In this document: positions 43,179 to 55,635 of the stretch, piece after piece
Numbering within the stretch: position 1 is the stretch's first letter
Layout: the number at the start of each line of letters is the position of its first letter
Assembly (NCBI GenBank): GCA_964016885.1
Contig: OZ024741.1
Location: 360,964,001-361,028,000 of the forward strand
Length of the DNA stretch: 64,000 nucleotides
Reading direction: 5' to 3'
From: Eledone cirrhosa
Lineage: Eukaryota
Notes under the pieces: generated by a model
The model's database searches: none
Seen by the model: only the letters and a program-made list of their open reading frames with translations
What the model was told of the DNA's origin: nothing
Made by a program: the position numbers and the translations under genes

Positions 43179-43183
<5 letters not shown>

Positions 43184-43234
<51 letters not shown>

Positions 43235-43246
43235 CATGTACATATA
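43184..43246. repeat. (AT)n microsatellite
   Basis: Long AT run followed by acat units. Confidence 0.95.
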
Positions 43247-44816
43247 CAGAGAAATATAGTTTGTGTGTGTGAATATAGGTGTCAACAACTCTAACAATCA
43301 AAATGGCTTTCACGTGAATAAGTAAACTCGGACAAGTGATTATGTAGCTCAACAAAAATACAATCAGCTTGTATGGCGTGTCAATAAAAAGTAAAAATGT
43401 GTTCAGTGTTGTTCGATCTTGAAATGTTGAAAGTTCCAGACTGTCGAACTATTTTCCAGTGATACTGAGTGAACGAGAAACTGTCAATGACCCGACATAC
43501 ACATAAATACATACATACATATATATATATTACACAAACACGAGTGGACACATACTATATCTATAAATACCCAAGTGACAGACAGAAGCAATTCAATCTT
43601 ATATTATTTATTATTAATTAGTGCCATTTAAAATAACATTTATAAATGTGTTGTGTGTATATATATTAGTTTTCAGTAGCATGAAGACAACATATTAGAT
43701 TCTTTGTTCATTCGTATATGTATACAAGTCCGTGTGTGTATATATATATATACACACACAAATATATATATATATGCATATTATTATATATATATGGGAG
43801 AATGTACGTATATTCTGTACGCAGAAGTTTATATGTCGCTCACCCGAACCTCTTCGTTAACACAATATAGTCAGGATAAGGGATGTCTTAGTTTAAAGCA
43901 ACCACTACACTACACATTCAGTAATGGTTTATTTATATATTAAGACATTAACAGTATTGGAATATATAATAATCTCTCATACACACACACACAATATATA
44001 TATATATATATATGAGTGTGTACATATACATGCATGTATAGATACACATATATACATAGACAGATATAGATACACATATATACATATACATATGTATAAG
44101 AAAACAGATTGTTGGCTAGAAAGTTATTTAATTTTTGAAAGAATTTAACACTTTTTTTCTCTTTTAATTAGTTCGTTCAAAAAGAAGTTTGAATTGTAAA
44201 AATAACATTAGCTACGAACTTATGTTAAAGAAAACACACCGACATAGTTTATTTATTCACGTTAAAAGGGTTGTTTATCATAATTCATCCGGCATAGTTA
44301 TGTCTCATCCTTTATATATATATAGTCCTTCTATAGCCAGTCTCTCTCTCTCCTTCTCTTAGTACTTTACTCTCTTGTCTATGTCTGTCACTCTATAATT
44401 CACACCTTCTTAAGTCACCTGGTCCTACCTATCTTTTTACTATTGTCACCTCAGTTTCCATCTTTCTGTCACTCTGCTTCTATATCTCTTTACAATTGTC
44501 TCTCTATCTTCCACTACCGTCACTCTGTGTCTCTCTCTCTGTCTTCACTACTGTCACCTGTCACTATCACTCCCATCCTCTCACACACTATCCCAACCTT
44601 TCTATCAGTCACTCACTCATTCACTATCACTCTCCATCCGTAGCAGACATGTATTATAAAACCATAACAACAATAAAAGAGTTTTAGAGAAAAAAAATAA
44701 TAAAAGAAAAAAAACGAGGAAATATAACATGACAATCCCGGGTTTGATATTTGATAACTAGTTCTCTTCGGAAAATATTCTTTGAAACGAAGTATATTAA
44801 ATGAAAGTCCACTCAC

Positions 44817-44832
44817 CATAAGTTTCAGACAT
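44817..44832 (-). CDS. RAB4: Probable first coding exon of Rab4 (Ras-related small GTPase, recycling endosome): MSETY + G
   Basis: The minus strand reads agtaagATG TCT GAA ACT TAT G|gtgagt. MSETY(D) is the characteristic Rab4 N-terminus (MSETYDFLFKFLVIG), here with a phase-1 intron. The donor is a perfect consensus and promoter motifs lie just upstream. Only 5 codons are visible and I found no downstream Rab4 exons in the window. Confidence 0.6.
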
Positions 44833-44886
44833 CTTACTGGCTGTAATAGTCTCCCACCTTATTCCTTCGATTCATTAACAAACATA

Positions 44887-45148
44887 CAAAATGGCGTTGG
44901 ACAACGGCTTGATGATATTCTCAAACTAACGAGACTTCAATTTGATTTTTTTTTTTCTTTTTGTAAAATTTGGATTTAGTTATCTTTTTTCTTTACATAT
45001 TAATAGCTTTTAGTAATTTAATATAATAGTGTTTGGTTTGGTTTTTCTTTTCTTTAATGTTAGTAGTAATAGAGAAGGAAAGCAAATCCCATCCGGGTCT
45101 TATCTTGAATTTGTTTACCCTGGAGATGACGTCAGTAGTAAACACGTG
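44887..45148 (-). promoter_or_regulatory. Putative Rab4 proximal promoter/5' region: YY1-type motif, CRE palindrome and E-box
   Basis: caaaatggcg (CGCCATTTTG on minus) at 44887-44896, TGACGTCA at 45127-45134 and CACGTG at 45143-45148, all within about 320 bp of the ATG in a CpG-retaining region. Confidence 0.5.
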
Positions 45149-45619
45149 GGATATATTATTAAAATTTAATTATGTAGCTCACTACTGCTATATAAGATTG
45201 TCAGATACGAAAATTTCTTTTAGTAGTTAAGATATATCGAGGAAGGAAGTAAGTTATAACAATTAGTATCAAACCAGAGAATCTTGCAAAGAGAAAAGTT
45301 AATCATTATAGCGATAGATTTATTTTAATAATCCTATTTTCCAACCGAGGAGGTAATTAATGGTTTATTTTGATTAGAAAAACAATACCAACATATAAGT
45401 AATCAGTTTAATCAATCACCGTTACTATTTTATCCTCTCTGTTGTGTTGGATGTTCCTAGTAGGATTTGAATTCCGAATGTAGAAAAACGTTTTAACATT
45501 TCTAACAATATGTCAGTAATACATTTTTTTCCGTGTCTAGTGAGAAGACTTGTGCCAAGAATACTTCGAGTGGATTCCGCCACTCAAGTGTCAGTGACCC
45601 TGTGAAACGAAGCGTTGGA

Positions 45620-45849
45620 TTAATCCTTTAGCATTTTCATTACTCTATATATATATTATTGTATCTTCACGGAAACTCTTTATTTCACATAATTATCCCA
45701 CATAATATCGAATCGATGAGATTTTGATATTATTTATTTTGAGAACAATACTTTAACATCAGCTTGAGCAGCCGGTTATGGCTGGTTTGAATAGAAAGAG
45801 GAGAGATAATTCTGGCCGGATATGGCTGGTTTAGATGTTAAGGGATTAA
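45620..45849. mobile_element. TTAA MITE family A copy
   Basis: ttaatcctttagcatt...tgttaagggattaa, with internal sequence shared with 46-263. Confidence 0.85.
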
Positions 45850-46249
45850 GTATACTTGCTCCCAGGCTGGCTTTCACGCTGCCGTCTACCAAATTTCATT
45901 CGCATGTTTTGGTCGACCCGAGGCTATGACGGAAAACGCCGAAGTATGGTGGTTTCATTTGATTAGACACAAAACCAGTTTATTCTAGGGAAGTAGTGAA
46001 AACGCTTTACTCGAACATAATTATTACTGGTACTTATTCTAAAAGGTAATCTTTAGTGATTTGAACTCAGACTGTAGAAAAACCGCACCAGACACTGCAT
46101 GTCGGCACCTGATGAAACAAAAAGAGGAAGTTGACAACTTGTAACATTTAAACTCATTTCTAAGTGTGGAAAGTAAATAAAATAACAAGCTTTCTATGCT
46201 TCACCACATTATCTTATTTTATCCATTGCCCTTGTGCGAGACAACAAGC

Positions 46250-46900
46250 ACAACTTTATGCTAACAGTCTCTCTTTCCTATCAAAGGTCTTCCTTGTCAA
46301 TTTAAGTGTTTTTTGCTAAGGTATCCTGTTATCTGAACTTTCTGGTAGAGGATATATCCCACCATAAGAGTTCTGAAACCATCTCGTCATTTGCACGAAA
46401 GCAGTGACCAGCAATCTTTGTATGAAGTTCAATCAGTTGTGCTCTTTTGGAATTTTTCCGTATATCTGATTAAGTGTGGGATGGGTCTGCCAAGGAATAT
46501 TTTGAGCCTTTCACTGAAGGGTAGTGGGATATACATCTACATAACTCTGTAGAGGGGAGTGCAAGGTCCAAGTCTTAGAACCTGAGAAAAGTCTCTACTG
46601 TTATTCTAAACAGGCTGATTTTATGTTTGGTATATTGGATTTCCAAATTTTATCCTGCTTATGAAATACATTCCATGCCAGGGAAATCCTTGTCTGAGTT
46701 CATTATAAAGGAACCAAGGTACTTAAAGCCTTCTACTTGTTTTAAGGGTTTACTGTGACTATGCTAGCATCAGATTTTGTTGAAATAAACTTGCAATAGA
46801 AAATCTAATGAACCAGACATGAGGCCAATGTCTAGGAATGTAATATAGTTGGGCAGTTTTCTTTATTGATGTATCAGGTGATGTCTTTGAGGCTACTTGG
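46250..46900 (-). mobile_element. Old non-LTR (RTE-like) reverse transcriptase fragment
   Basis: The minus strand gives QVEGFKYLGS (thumb motif) near 46710-46740; the rest is heavily decayed. Confidence 0.55.
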
Positions 46901-47964
46901 CTATTCCAGTGCCTTAGCTTCGCTATTAGCTGCAATAATTGTATATTGTAGTGTGTAATTGAATGTGCACAGCTTCTCTCATTTTCTCTTCATTCTGACT
47001 GACTCTTGTATTCTAGGCCTAAGTCTCACTACTATGCAGTATCGCAGATCAAATAACAGAGAAAAGAAAAACTCTTTGGACTCAAGACCTTAATTCAGAC
47101 AGTATCCGAGGTATGACAAATCATCATCGTTTAATGTCCATTTTCCATGCTAGCATGGTTAGGACAGGCTATCACTTTGTAAGAGATCAGGTCGGAGGAC
47201 CATGTTTTGCTCACACAGAACTGATTTTGGCTTCGTTTCTATGGCTGGATGCCCTTCCTACCGCCAACAACATTTACAGTATGCTGGGTGCTTATAGTTG
47301 TGATACCTACACAACCACTTTTCAGTGAGGACTGGGTGCTTTTTGTCGTGACAAACAACCCTACCCAACAACTAAACACAACAAACATAAACTAGCCAAA
47401 AACACAATATAAAATACAATTACCCAATAGAATTAAAATTAAAACCCACCCACTATATTGGTCCTATGTGGATGAACTTCATCAGGCCACAATTGTTCTT
47501 GATATATATGGTTTCTGCCTGGCTATCTATAATCAGTACCAGTATGATGCTGGTATTTATTTTAGCAACATTAGAGTGTTAAATATCTACCAATCAATCC
47601 ATACATTATAGTATTAACTGTCACACCAAACCGATCCATATCACTTGTGCTCTATTGTCCACCAATTAATCCATGTGACATATACACTATTAGGATTTTT
47701 TTCAACACTCTGATGCGTGTGTGTGTATGTGCATATACATACATTTATATGTATGAGTGTATAGATATAAACGTGCAAACACACATTCACAGACATACAT
47801 TCACACAAACACACACATACAGCATAGCATATGGGATGCCAGCCAGTGTTTTGCTACAGTTTTTTCACCATCCTCTTCCTTCCTTTTACACACACATACA
47901 TTCACACAAACACACACACATTGTGTGACGGACGGAAGTCACTAAAATTTATATATAATTAGTG

Positions 47965-48425
47965 TTATATGCCAGTTATATGATGCCTGTGTGAGATGCG
48001 TGATGCTGCATGGTAGTGAGACATGGGCAGCAACTGCGGAGGATATGCGACGGCTAAAGAGAAATTAAGCAAGCATGCTCTGATGGATGTGCAACGTCAA
48101 TGTGCATGAACAACCAAGCATAGACGAGTTGAGAGAGAAACTGTGTATAAGAGGGGTAAACTGTAGTGTGCGGGAGAGAAGACTGTTGGTATGGACATGA
48201 TACACATGGAGGATGACTGTTGGGTAAAGAAGTGCCAAGAAATACCAGTGGAAGGAAGACCACGAAAATCATGGGCGGAGGTGGTGAGAGCTGACCTCAG
48301 ATCACTGAAGCTCACAGAGGAAATGACGAAGGACTGTGACGAATAGAGAGATGCTGTGCTGAAAAGGACCCATCCCACCCTTGCAAGCAAAGAAAAGCAG
48401 GCGCAAAATGAGGATGTTAAATGTT
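47965..48425 (+). mobile_element. RTE LINE 3' fragment
   Basis: LYDACVRCVMLHGSETW...GRPRKSW with stop codons, then an RTE-type tail. Confidence 0.85.
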
Positions 48426-48529
48426 CACTAAGCAATCCATACAGCTAGGTAATCCATGCACTAAAGACATAAAAATGGTGTCAATCATCAAACTGAACAA
48501 AGGAAACTATGGCAATAGTGTCATTGAAC

Positions 48530-49420
48530 TCCATGTAACCCACTCACTATATTAAGTATCCACCACTTTATCCATGGGACTCACTATATTAATTATCTGC
48601 CACATGATCTGTGTTTCCCACACACAACAGTGCTGCTAAATGTCACCCAAACAATCCATCTTTCCCATACACTGTAGTAAATGTTACCCAAGCAATCCAT
48701 ATGACTTATACACTAGTCAATATGTCACCAAAGCAATCCATGTGACCCACACACACTAGTAAATGTCATCCAAGCAATCCATATGACCCATACACTAGTA
48801 AATGTCATCCAAGCAATCCATATGACCCATACACTAGTAACCATCACCCAAGCAATCCATATGACCCACACATTAGTAACTGTCACCCCAGCAACCCATA
48901 TGACCCACACACTGTAGTAACTGTCACCCAAGCAATCCATATGACCCACACACTAGTGTTAAATGTCCCCCAATCCATGTGTCTCACACACTCATGTTCA
49001 ATACCCACCAAGCAATCCATATGACCCACACAGTCTAGTGTTAAATATCCACCAAGCAATCAATATGACCCACACAGTCTAGTGTTAAATATCCACCAAG
49101 CAATCAATATGACCCACACAGTCTAGTGTTAAATATCCACCAAGCAATCAATATGACCCACACAGTCTAGTGTTAAATATCCACCAAGCAATCAATATGA
49201 CCCACACACTAGTATTAAATACCTACCAAGCAATCTATGTGTCCCACACACTAGTAAATGTCGACAAAGAAATCCATGTGATCCACACACTAGTGTTCAA
49301 TGCCCACCAAGCAATCTATATGACCCATACACTAGTAAATGTCACTCAAGCAATTCCTATGACCTACACACTGTAGTAAATGTCGCACAAGCAATCCCTA
49401 TGACCCACACACTGTAGTGT
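48530..49420. repeat. Minisatellite of about 39-44 bp units (caagcaatccatatgacccacacactagtaaatgtca...)
   Basis: Roughly 20 degenerate units, with near-identical 39-bp copies at about 48770-48850 and 44-bp copies at about 49005-49210. Confidence 0.92.
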
Positions 49421-50084
49421 TGAATCTCCCTGAAGGTACGCGTGTTTGTGGAATGCTCATCCACTTGCACGTTAATTTCACGAGCAGGCTGTTCCGTTGG
49501 TCGTATCAACAAAAATACTCGTCGTCGTAACCGACGGAGTGCCACTATTACTATTTTATATTGTTTATTTGTTTTTTACTTATTTATTTTTGTACATACT
49601 TAGGGTCAATGAGATATCAAGAATATCATGTAAGAGTCAATAGTTTTAAATGTTTGAGGATTCCTGGTTTAAATTGACCCCACTACCTCTCTCTCTGTTT
49701 TCTTTTATCTAAACTAACTTCAGTCCTCATGCTTTCTTTGTTCAAACAATCACCACCTCTTCTTCTCCACATCATCTTTGGTATAATCAGATCCGTTTTG
49801 AACACTCCTCCATTTTAGATGACGCATTAAATAGACAAGTGTATTTTTCTGTCAATCAATTCAAACAGGATTGTGTCAGACAATCCTCGCATTGCTGACA
49901 ATCTCGTATATTTTTATGTTGTGTTAGTTTAAGTGATGGCACGGTGAACATCAACATATTTCAACAACAGAACTAAAGATAACCGAGAAAAAATAATTAT
50001 GGAAGGGGAAAATGGGCCATTTTTGAATAAATGAAATGGAAGTTAAATATCTATAGCCGACCATATTATTTCTGGTCTGATTAG

Positions 50085-50440
50085 GGTGATGGATTGGCAA
50101 TATCGACAGAGCGCCAGACAACATGCTTTATGGCATTGAGTTACAGTCCTTTACGTTCTGAGTTCAAATAACGCCGAGGTTAGCTTTGCCTTTCATCCAT
50201 ACGGGGTCGATAAAATAATTGACTTTAACCTTTCTCAAATTGCTGGCCTTGCCTTTAATAGAAATCATTATTTCTGATCTGATGGCAGTGGATTGACAGC
50301 ATAGTTGTGGCCATTTGCGTTCTGAGTTCAAATCCCGCTGAGGTTAACTTTGCCTTTCACCCTTACGAGGTCGATAAAATAAGCACCAGTAATGCATTGG
50401 ATTAATTGCTGGCCTTGTGCCAAACGTAGAAACAATTATT
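50085..50440 (+). mobile_element. Two tandem Meta-like SINE copies
   Basis: Two successive head-core-tail units at about 50085-50270 and 50285-50440. Confidence 0.8.
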
Positions 50441-51216
50441 TCTGGAGTGAGGGCGGAGATGTCGTTGTTTAACCCTCATAAAACAAACCTATGGTCAAAT
50501 AATGTCTCGTACTATATAATTATCCAAATGGGTCCTTCCATATTTTAGACAAGTTGTGAGCGACCTCTTAGAGATATTTAGCTGACGATGGAGTTTGTCG
50601 TCTCCTGTGGTAACTAAAATAAAGATTTTCTTTCTTTAATCTTTAACAAGTTCGTGCTTGTTCGCTGTGGTCATTAAATGGGAAAGAAAGCTAACGTAGG
50701 CTGAAATAAAGATGTGTGCGCGTCCGGAGATGCTGTGGCGTTTTGATTCAATCAGGCTGGGTGACCATTAACTGAAACCAGCAAGTGGAAGTGGTCAATG
50801 ACTGATTGTTGTTCTATTACAGACAGACTTCAGTGGGAGACGGAAGACAGGTTGTCTTGCCAGTGAGTGATGACAAGGTAGCAAACGAACAAGCAAGCAA
50901 TCCAACTGTATTGTTGACACATATTTGTTTATAAAAAGGTTATTAGATATTGCTGTTTAGTCTCAAATCAATTCTAATTGAGCATACTTATGATTAAAAA
51001 TATCCCAGTTGTTTTTAACTGTATGTTTAAGATTACATCAAATGTGTCACGTATCTTATTTAAGTCAGTAGGGTGCAATTTGACGGAGGTGTGGCTGCTA
51101 TTTCTAGCAGTTGAACAACCATTAGAGGCTCCTTTATTGTCTCGAAAGGCATATGGTGTTTTAGCATAGAAATTTTTGTATATAGTTTATTTTGTCAAAA
51201 TAACTGTCATTATAAT

Positions 51217-51403
51217 GTGGATTGGCAGTATCGGTAGAGGGTCGGACGGCATGCTTTGACGCATAGAGTTACGGCCCTTTCCATTTTGAGTTCAAATCCC
51301 GCCGAGGTTAACTTTGCCTTTCATCCTTACGGGGTCGATAAAATAAAGTATCAGTAATGCACTAGGTAATTGCTGGCCTTGTGCCAAAAGTAGAAACAAT
51401 TAT
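51217..51403 (+). mobile_element. Meta-like SINE copy
   Basis: Near-identical to 3013-3204. Confidence 0.85.
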
Positions 51404-51404
51404 A

Positions 51405-53075
51405 ATACAAATAAAAAGAAAAAATACACAAGCAGGAGATACACACATCTAGGACCACATACAACAAAAGGAAAGCGAAGTGGGTGGACAAACGAACCGC
51501 TATAAGAACAGAAGGTAAAGATATCGCGAGGAGCACTGGAAAACCTCTCAAATAATTTTTTAATGAAGCCAGCACGCTCTCAGCGTTACCTCGGGTGATG
51601 GCGTGGCTGATGCGGTGGAATAGCCAAGCGCCTCCACGAACCTCACCAGTTACTTCGGATAGGCGAGCCGCCAGTGAAGGCAAGAACTTCGCAGTTAGCG
51701 GCGTAACTCCTCCAAATGTCTCGAACACCACAGGCAGTGGTAGTTAACTGACAGATCCTGGTATTTCAGAATTTTGTTTCGTTCGGCTACGGAAGCTGTA
51801 GCTCTATCCTAACCGCAGCATCCAGGAAGTGGGAAGAAACAAGAGTCAATAACTGTAACGTCCCAGATAAGACACCTGCCTCTTATCCAGAGGCACAGGG
51901 TAAGACCGTCAGGCCTTTTCCCATTAATTCTGGACAATCCAGACGGTTCCAAAATTGAGGGATGTTTGCCGGGGCCAAAGCTCTCTTGGTGTTTAGCTCA
52001 GTGTGACGCGCGAAGCGATCGGCATTCAGATGGCAAGATAGACCGTGGAGGCCTGTGGAGTGGAGGAGCCTACCACATCGACATTTCAGACCCATACAAA
52101 CATCGGCTCCAACTCTGAATGCAATGGAGACAAAGCTATCGAAGCTGAGTAGGCCACCGATGTTAGCGGCAGGGCACCAACCTAGTTACCTGAGTATTTG
52201 ACGCTAGCAGATAGTAAGCAGCACTTTGAGAACTGATCTGACTGGTCGAAGAGAGTCAAAGGTGGCCTTCGAATGTATGCTGTCCCAAGCTCTCTGACTC
52301 AGTTTGTCCTACACCTTGTCAGGAACAGACAAACCCAACTCTTTCCATTGTCGAAGAGCTTCATCCATCTCCATGTTGGAAAAGAGAGAATGTTGTCCAC
52401 CAGGGCAGAGCAAGCATGGGAGGAGGAAAGAAAGCAAGAGAGATGGATAGACGAACATTTACGTAGAACAAGGCCTCCAAATCGCTTGGGCAACGCAGCC
52501 TGACCACGGACTCTGGAGAGAGTCTGACATTGACCAAGCACTTGCGTCCTTCGAAGATTAGATCGTTAAAGTGTTAGAGATGTGGAGCTGCCATGAGATC
52601 AGGGGAGCGTGTAGGGCTGCCGTAGGAGGGGGAATACCGGAAGTTGGAGGATACCTGACCGGAAGCAGGAGGACGTGACGTGACTCGAGGGACCAGGCAG
52701 CTGGTAGTTGTATTAGCAGTTAGCGCCGTAAGCAGGCGTGTTGTGTGAAGGTAGAGATAGTTGGAGGTACCCCACGCGGAGACTGGAACGACGCTCGCCA
52801 AAGTGATTCGAAGACGCAAGGTAAGTCCGAATGCCTCCGGCTACAGGAGACATGACGAAAATCTGCGGGACGGGCTAACCCTGAGCATATATAGAAGCTT
52901 AGGAAACGATAGATAATTCCTGAGTATAAAAAAAAACCTTGATGGGGCTCGATTGCCTGAATGTTCTTCAATAATTGCTGAAGGCTAACCATCTTCGATT
53001 GGAAAATTGACTCAAAAGCAAGGTCTGTAATTGGGGCTCCTAAGGAACACCGTGTCGACGAAGGAGCAACCGAAA
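51405..53075 (-). mobile_element. CRE-clade non-LTR retrotransposon, 3' part (RT thumb, CCHC finger, restriction-like endonuclease), decayed
   Basis: Minus-strand motifs LGAPI, PKLLYMLR, QAALPKRFGGL, CRCG...HGLSC...RH.ELN, GKRPDG, IWDVTV, FETFG...ISHAITRGNA. These are the hallmarks of CRE/SLACS elements that use a restriction-like endonuclease. Confidence 0.8.
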
Positions 53076-53084
53076 GAATACGAT

Positions 53085-53445
53085 CGTGAATACAAGTTGC
53101 CGAAATGGGGTTCTTCCGAAGGGTCTTTGGAGTAACGTTACTCGATAGAGTGCAGAGGTCAGAGTCACTCCAGGTAGAGCCGCTACTTCTCCGAATTGAG
53201 AAATCACAGCTCCGGTACTATGAGTATGTGGTTAGAATGTTTCAGGAAAGAATCGCTGGACATACTTCATGGGCAAAACCAACTGGCAGGAGACCCTGAG
53301 CAAGATGGTTGAATAATTTCCATGAGCTTTGCTGGTCTCGCTTGTGGATCCAGTCGGATCAGTTGGAAACGGTTGCTTCTGTCAAGACCCGCTGGAAGGA
53401 GTCTTTGAGGATTCTTCCCCCACGACCTTCTCATGAAGAAGAAAA
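53085..53445 (+). mobile_element. RTE/BovB-type LINE 3' fragment (different family)
   Basis: MGFFRRVFGVTLLDRVQRSE...VEPLLLRIEKSQLRYY...PTGRRP followed by a (GAA)n-like tail. Confidence 0.8.
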
Positions 53446-53719
53446 AGATAAAATTTTATTCACAGTTGTATAAATAACATTATAAATTTTCATAATTCTT
53501 ACAGAATCATCATCACCATCGTTTAACGTCCATCTTCCACGCTAGCATGGATATGAAAATATAAACACAAATAATATACACAATTAATTATTATGAACCT
53601 TATATATATGATACACATATATATACAATCAAACGTGAGAGCACCCCCTCCCCCTACACACACACACACTAATAAAAACCCATCAATTAATTACTAAGTT
53701 CGTCAACCGGTCACACCAC

Positions 53720-53990
53720 AAGGGTCATCGGAAATTTTTGAGGCCAGCCAACACGCTCGCAGAATTACCGCTGGTAATGTCGAGGCTAAGAGTTCGCGGT
53801 CAGTGACCTAGCTCCACCAACCGTCTCGAACGTCACAGGCTGGAGAAAATAGTTATTCGATAATTCCTGGTATTTTAGGATTTTATTTCCGTTCAGCTCC
53901 AGAAGCAGTGACCCTCACATTTACCGCGGCATCTAGGATGTGGGAGGCAGCAAAGGAGTCCCTGACTGTAGTGCTCCAGATGAGACTGGC
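53720..53990 (-). mobile_element. Second CRE-like endonuclease fragment
   Basis: Homologous to 51560-51880 (IW.TTV.D, NKILKYQEL, PVTFET, GNSASVLA). A third trace lies at about 54850-54965. Confidence 0.65.
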
Positions 53991-54031
53991 TCCGATTTTG
54001 ATGACACCGTCTTCCTCCAGCTTTAACTTCA

Positions 54032-54309
54032 TTTTATAGAAAAAAAAGCTCCCATCGATTTCAGTGGGAAATATTTTTTTCCTTGGATTTTTCGTGTTTA
54101 CCTCCTAATATGCTGCAAAGGAATTTTTTCTGGAAAAAGGATAAGGGAAAGGGGAAACCTCTTTCCGGAGTCCCCCCCTCCCCTCCTTTTTTAAAATTTA
54201 TTTGTGTGTGCTACCAACTAATCTTACTTCCGAACATGCTGGGAGGAGGATCATCGGACTTTTAAAAATTATTTCCCACTGAAATCGGTGGGGGAGTTTT
54301 TCTACAAAT
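54032..54309. mobile_element. MITE with about 45-bp terminal inverted repeats
   Basis: gctcccatcgatttcagtgggaaatatttt near the left end and aaattatttcccactgaaatcggtgggggag near the right end. Confidence 0.7.
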
Positions 54310-55625
54310 TTACCTCAACCTCTTTCATACATTATATTTAAAACTTGTAATGCACTGAGTAATTGCTGGCCTTGTGCCTAAAGTAGAAACAATTATATTT
54401 AAAACTTGTATTTTCTTTTTTTTTTAAAGACGGTATATGGCAATTTAAGGGTGATTTGGTTGTTATTTTGTATAGTAAAGTGTTAACATATTTAATGTAT
54501 TGAGCATTAAATAACTAAGAATACATACTACGCTGTGAGGAAAAGGCATTAATTCATGACTTCGGCAGGCACAAGAGACAACCCTGGACATGTTTCGGTC
54601 TTAGAGAGAAATGTTTTATCCTCACCACATAAGTATTTTCAATTAGGTTGCTCACGCTATTAAATATCTGAAGGCGCGTGGCTAAGTTGTTAAACAACAT
54701 TAAATATGCTAACATTTACTTTACTGTTTGAGCGATTTCATTGAGACGCTCATAATTATAGGGATCGACTGTATTCCTTGTACCTATGCACGGTGGATTG
54801 GCAGCATCGTCGGAAAAATGCTTTGAGGGTTTTAGTTACGATTTTCTACGCTCAGGATAAGGCGCCGAAATAATCAAGCACCCTCACCTGCATCACCTGA
54901 CACCGCGGTAAGGCGAGCTGCTAACGATGACAAGAACTTCGCTGTAAGCGGACCAGCTCCATTAAACGTACGTTATAAGTTCAAATCCCGCCGAGGTCAA
55001 TTTTGCCTTTAATCCTTGTGGGGTCGATAAAATAAAGTACCAGTTCAGTACTGAGGTCGATATAATCGACTTTCTCCTTCCTCCAAATTGCTGACCTTGT
55101 GCCGATGTTAGAAAGAATTATTTTATCATTGAAGGGTACTGTGCGGATGAATCGGTAAAATGTATTTAGTTATGTCCCTTGCCATTCTGAGTTCTAATCC
55201 AATCAAGGTCGATTTTACCTATTCAATCTTCTGGGGTCGATAAAATTATGTACTAATAGTGTACTATGGCTATTCCCTCCACCTCCCGAATATTTGTAGC
55301 TTTGCGTCTGAGTTATAAACCATTATTTTGCTATCGACCTGTCGTAACGTTAGCGATAGACGCTGGAGAAAGACAGGGAACCAGTTAGAATCAAGGACAG
55401 ATAACTTCTACCTATATTAAAAACATTTCTTTGTCTTCATACGTAGTTAAACTGTTTGCCACCGAAAGCATATTTTAAAATATATTATTATTACTACTGT
55501 TATAAATAATATAAAGCATATTTTAAAATTACGAAGTTGACCAAATATTAATTATTTATTATAAAAAAAAATAGCTGACGAGACGTATTGTTAGTAGTTA
55601 TTTATAGCAGGGAGTAAGTTGCAAG

Positions 55626-55635
55626 ATGGCAGAAG
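55626..55635 (+). CDS. DPY30: Probable first coding exon of dpy-30 (M-A-E + G, phase 1)
   Basis: gcaagATGGCAGAAG|gtgagt has a good start context and a consensus donor. It lies in a CpG-retaining, promoter-like region about 6.8 kb upstream of the DPY30 exon on the same strand. Assignment to dpy-30 is by position only. Confidence 0.6.

Noticed and set aside
48530-49420. CRISPR-like appearance of regularly spaced repeats
   Set aside because: The units are contiguous with no unique spacers, there are no cas genes, and the context is eukaryotic. It is a minisatellite.
44832-55626. Shared bidirectional promoter for Rab4 and dpy-30
   Set aside because: The start codons are about 10.8 kb apart with transposon debris between them, so separate promoters are more likely.
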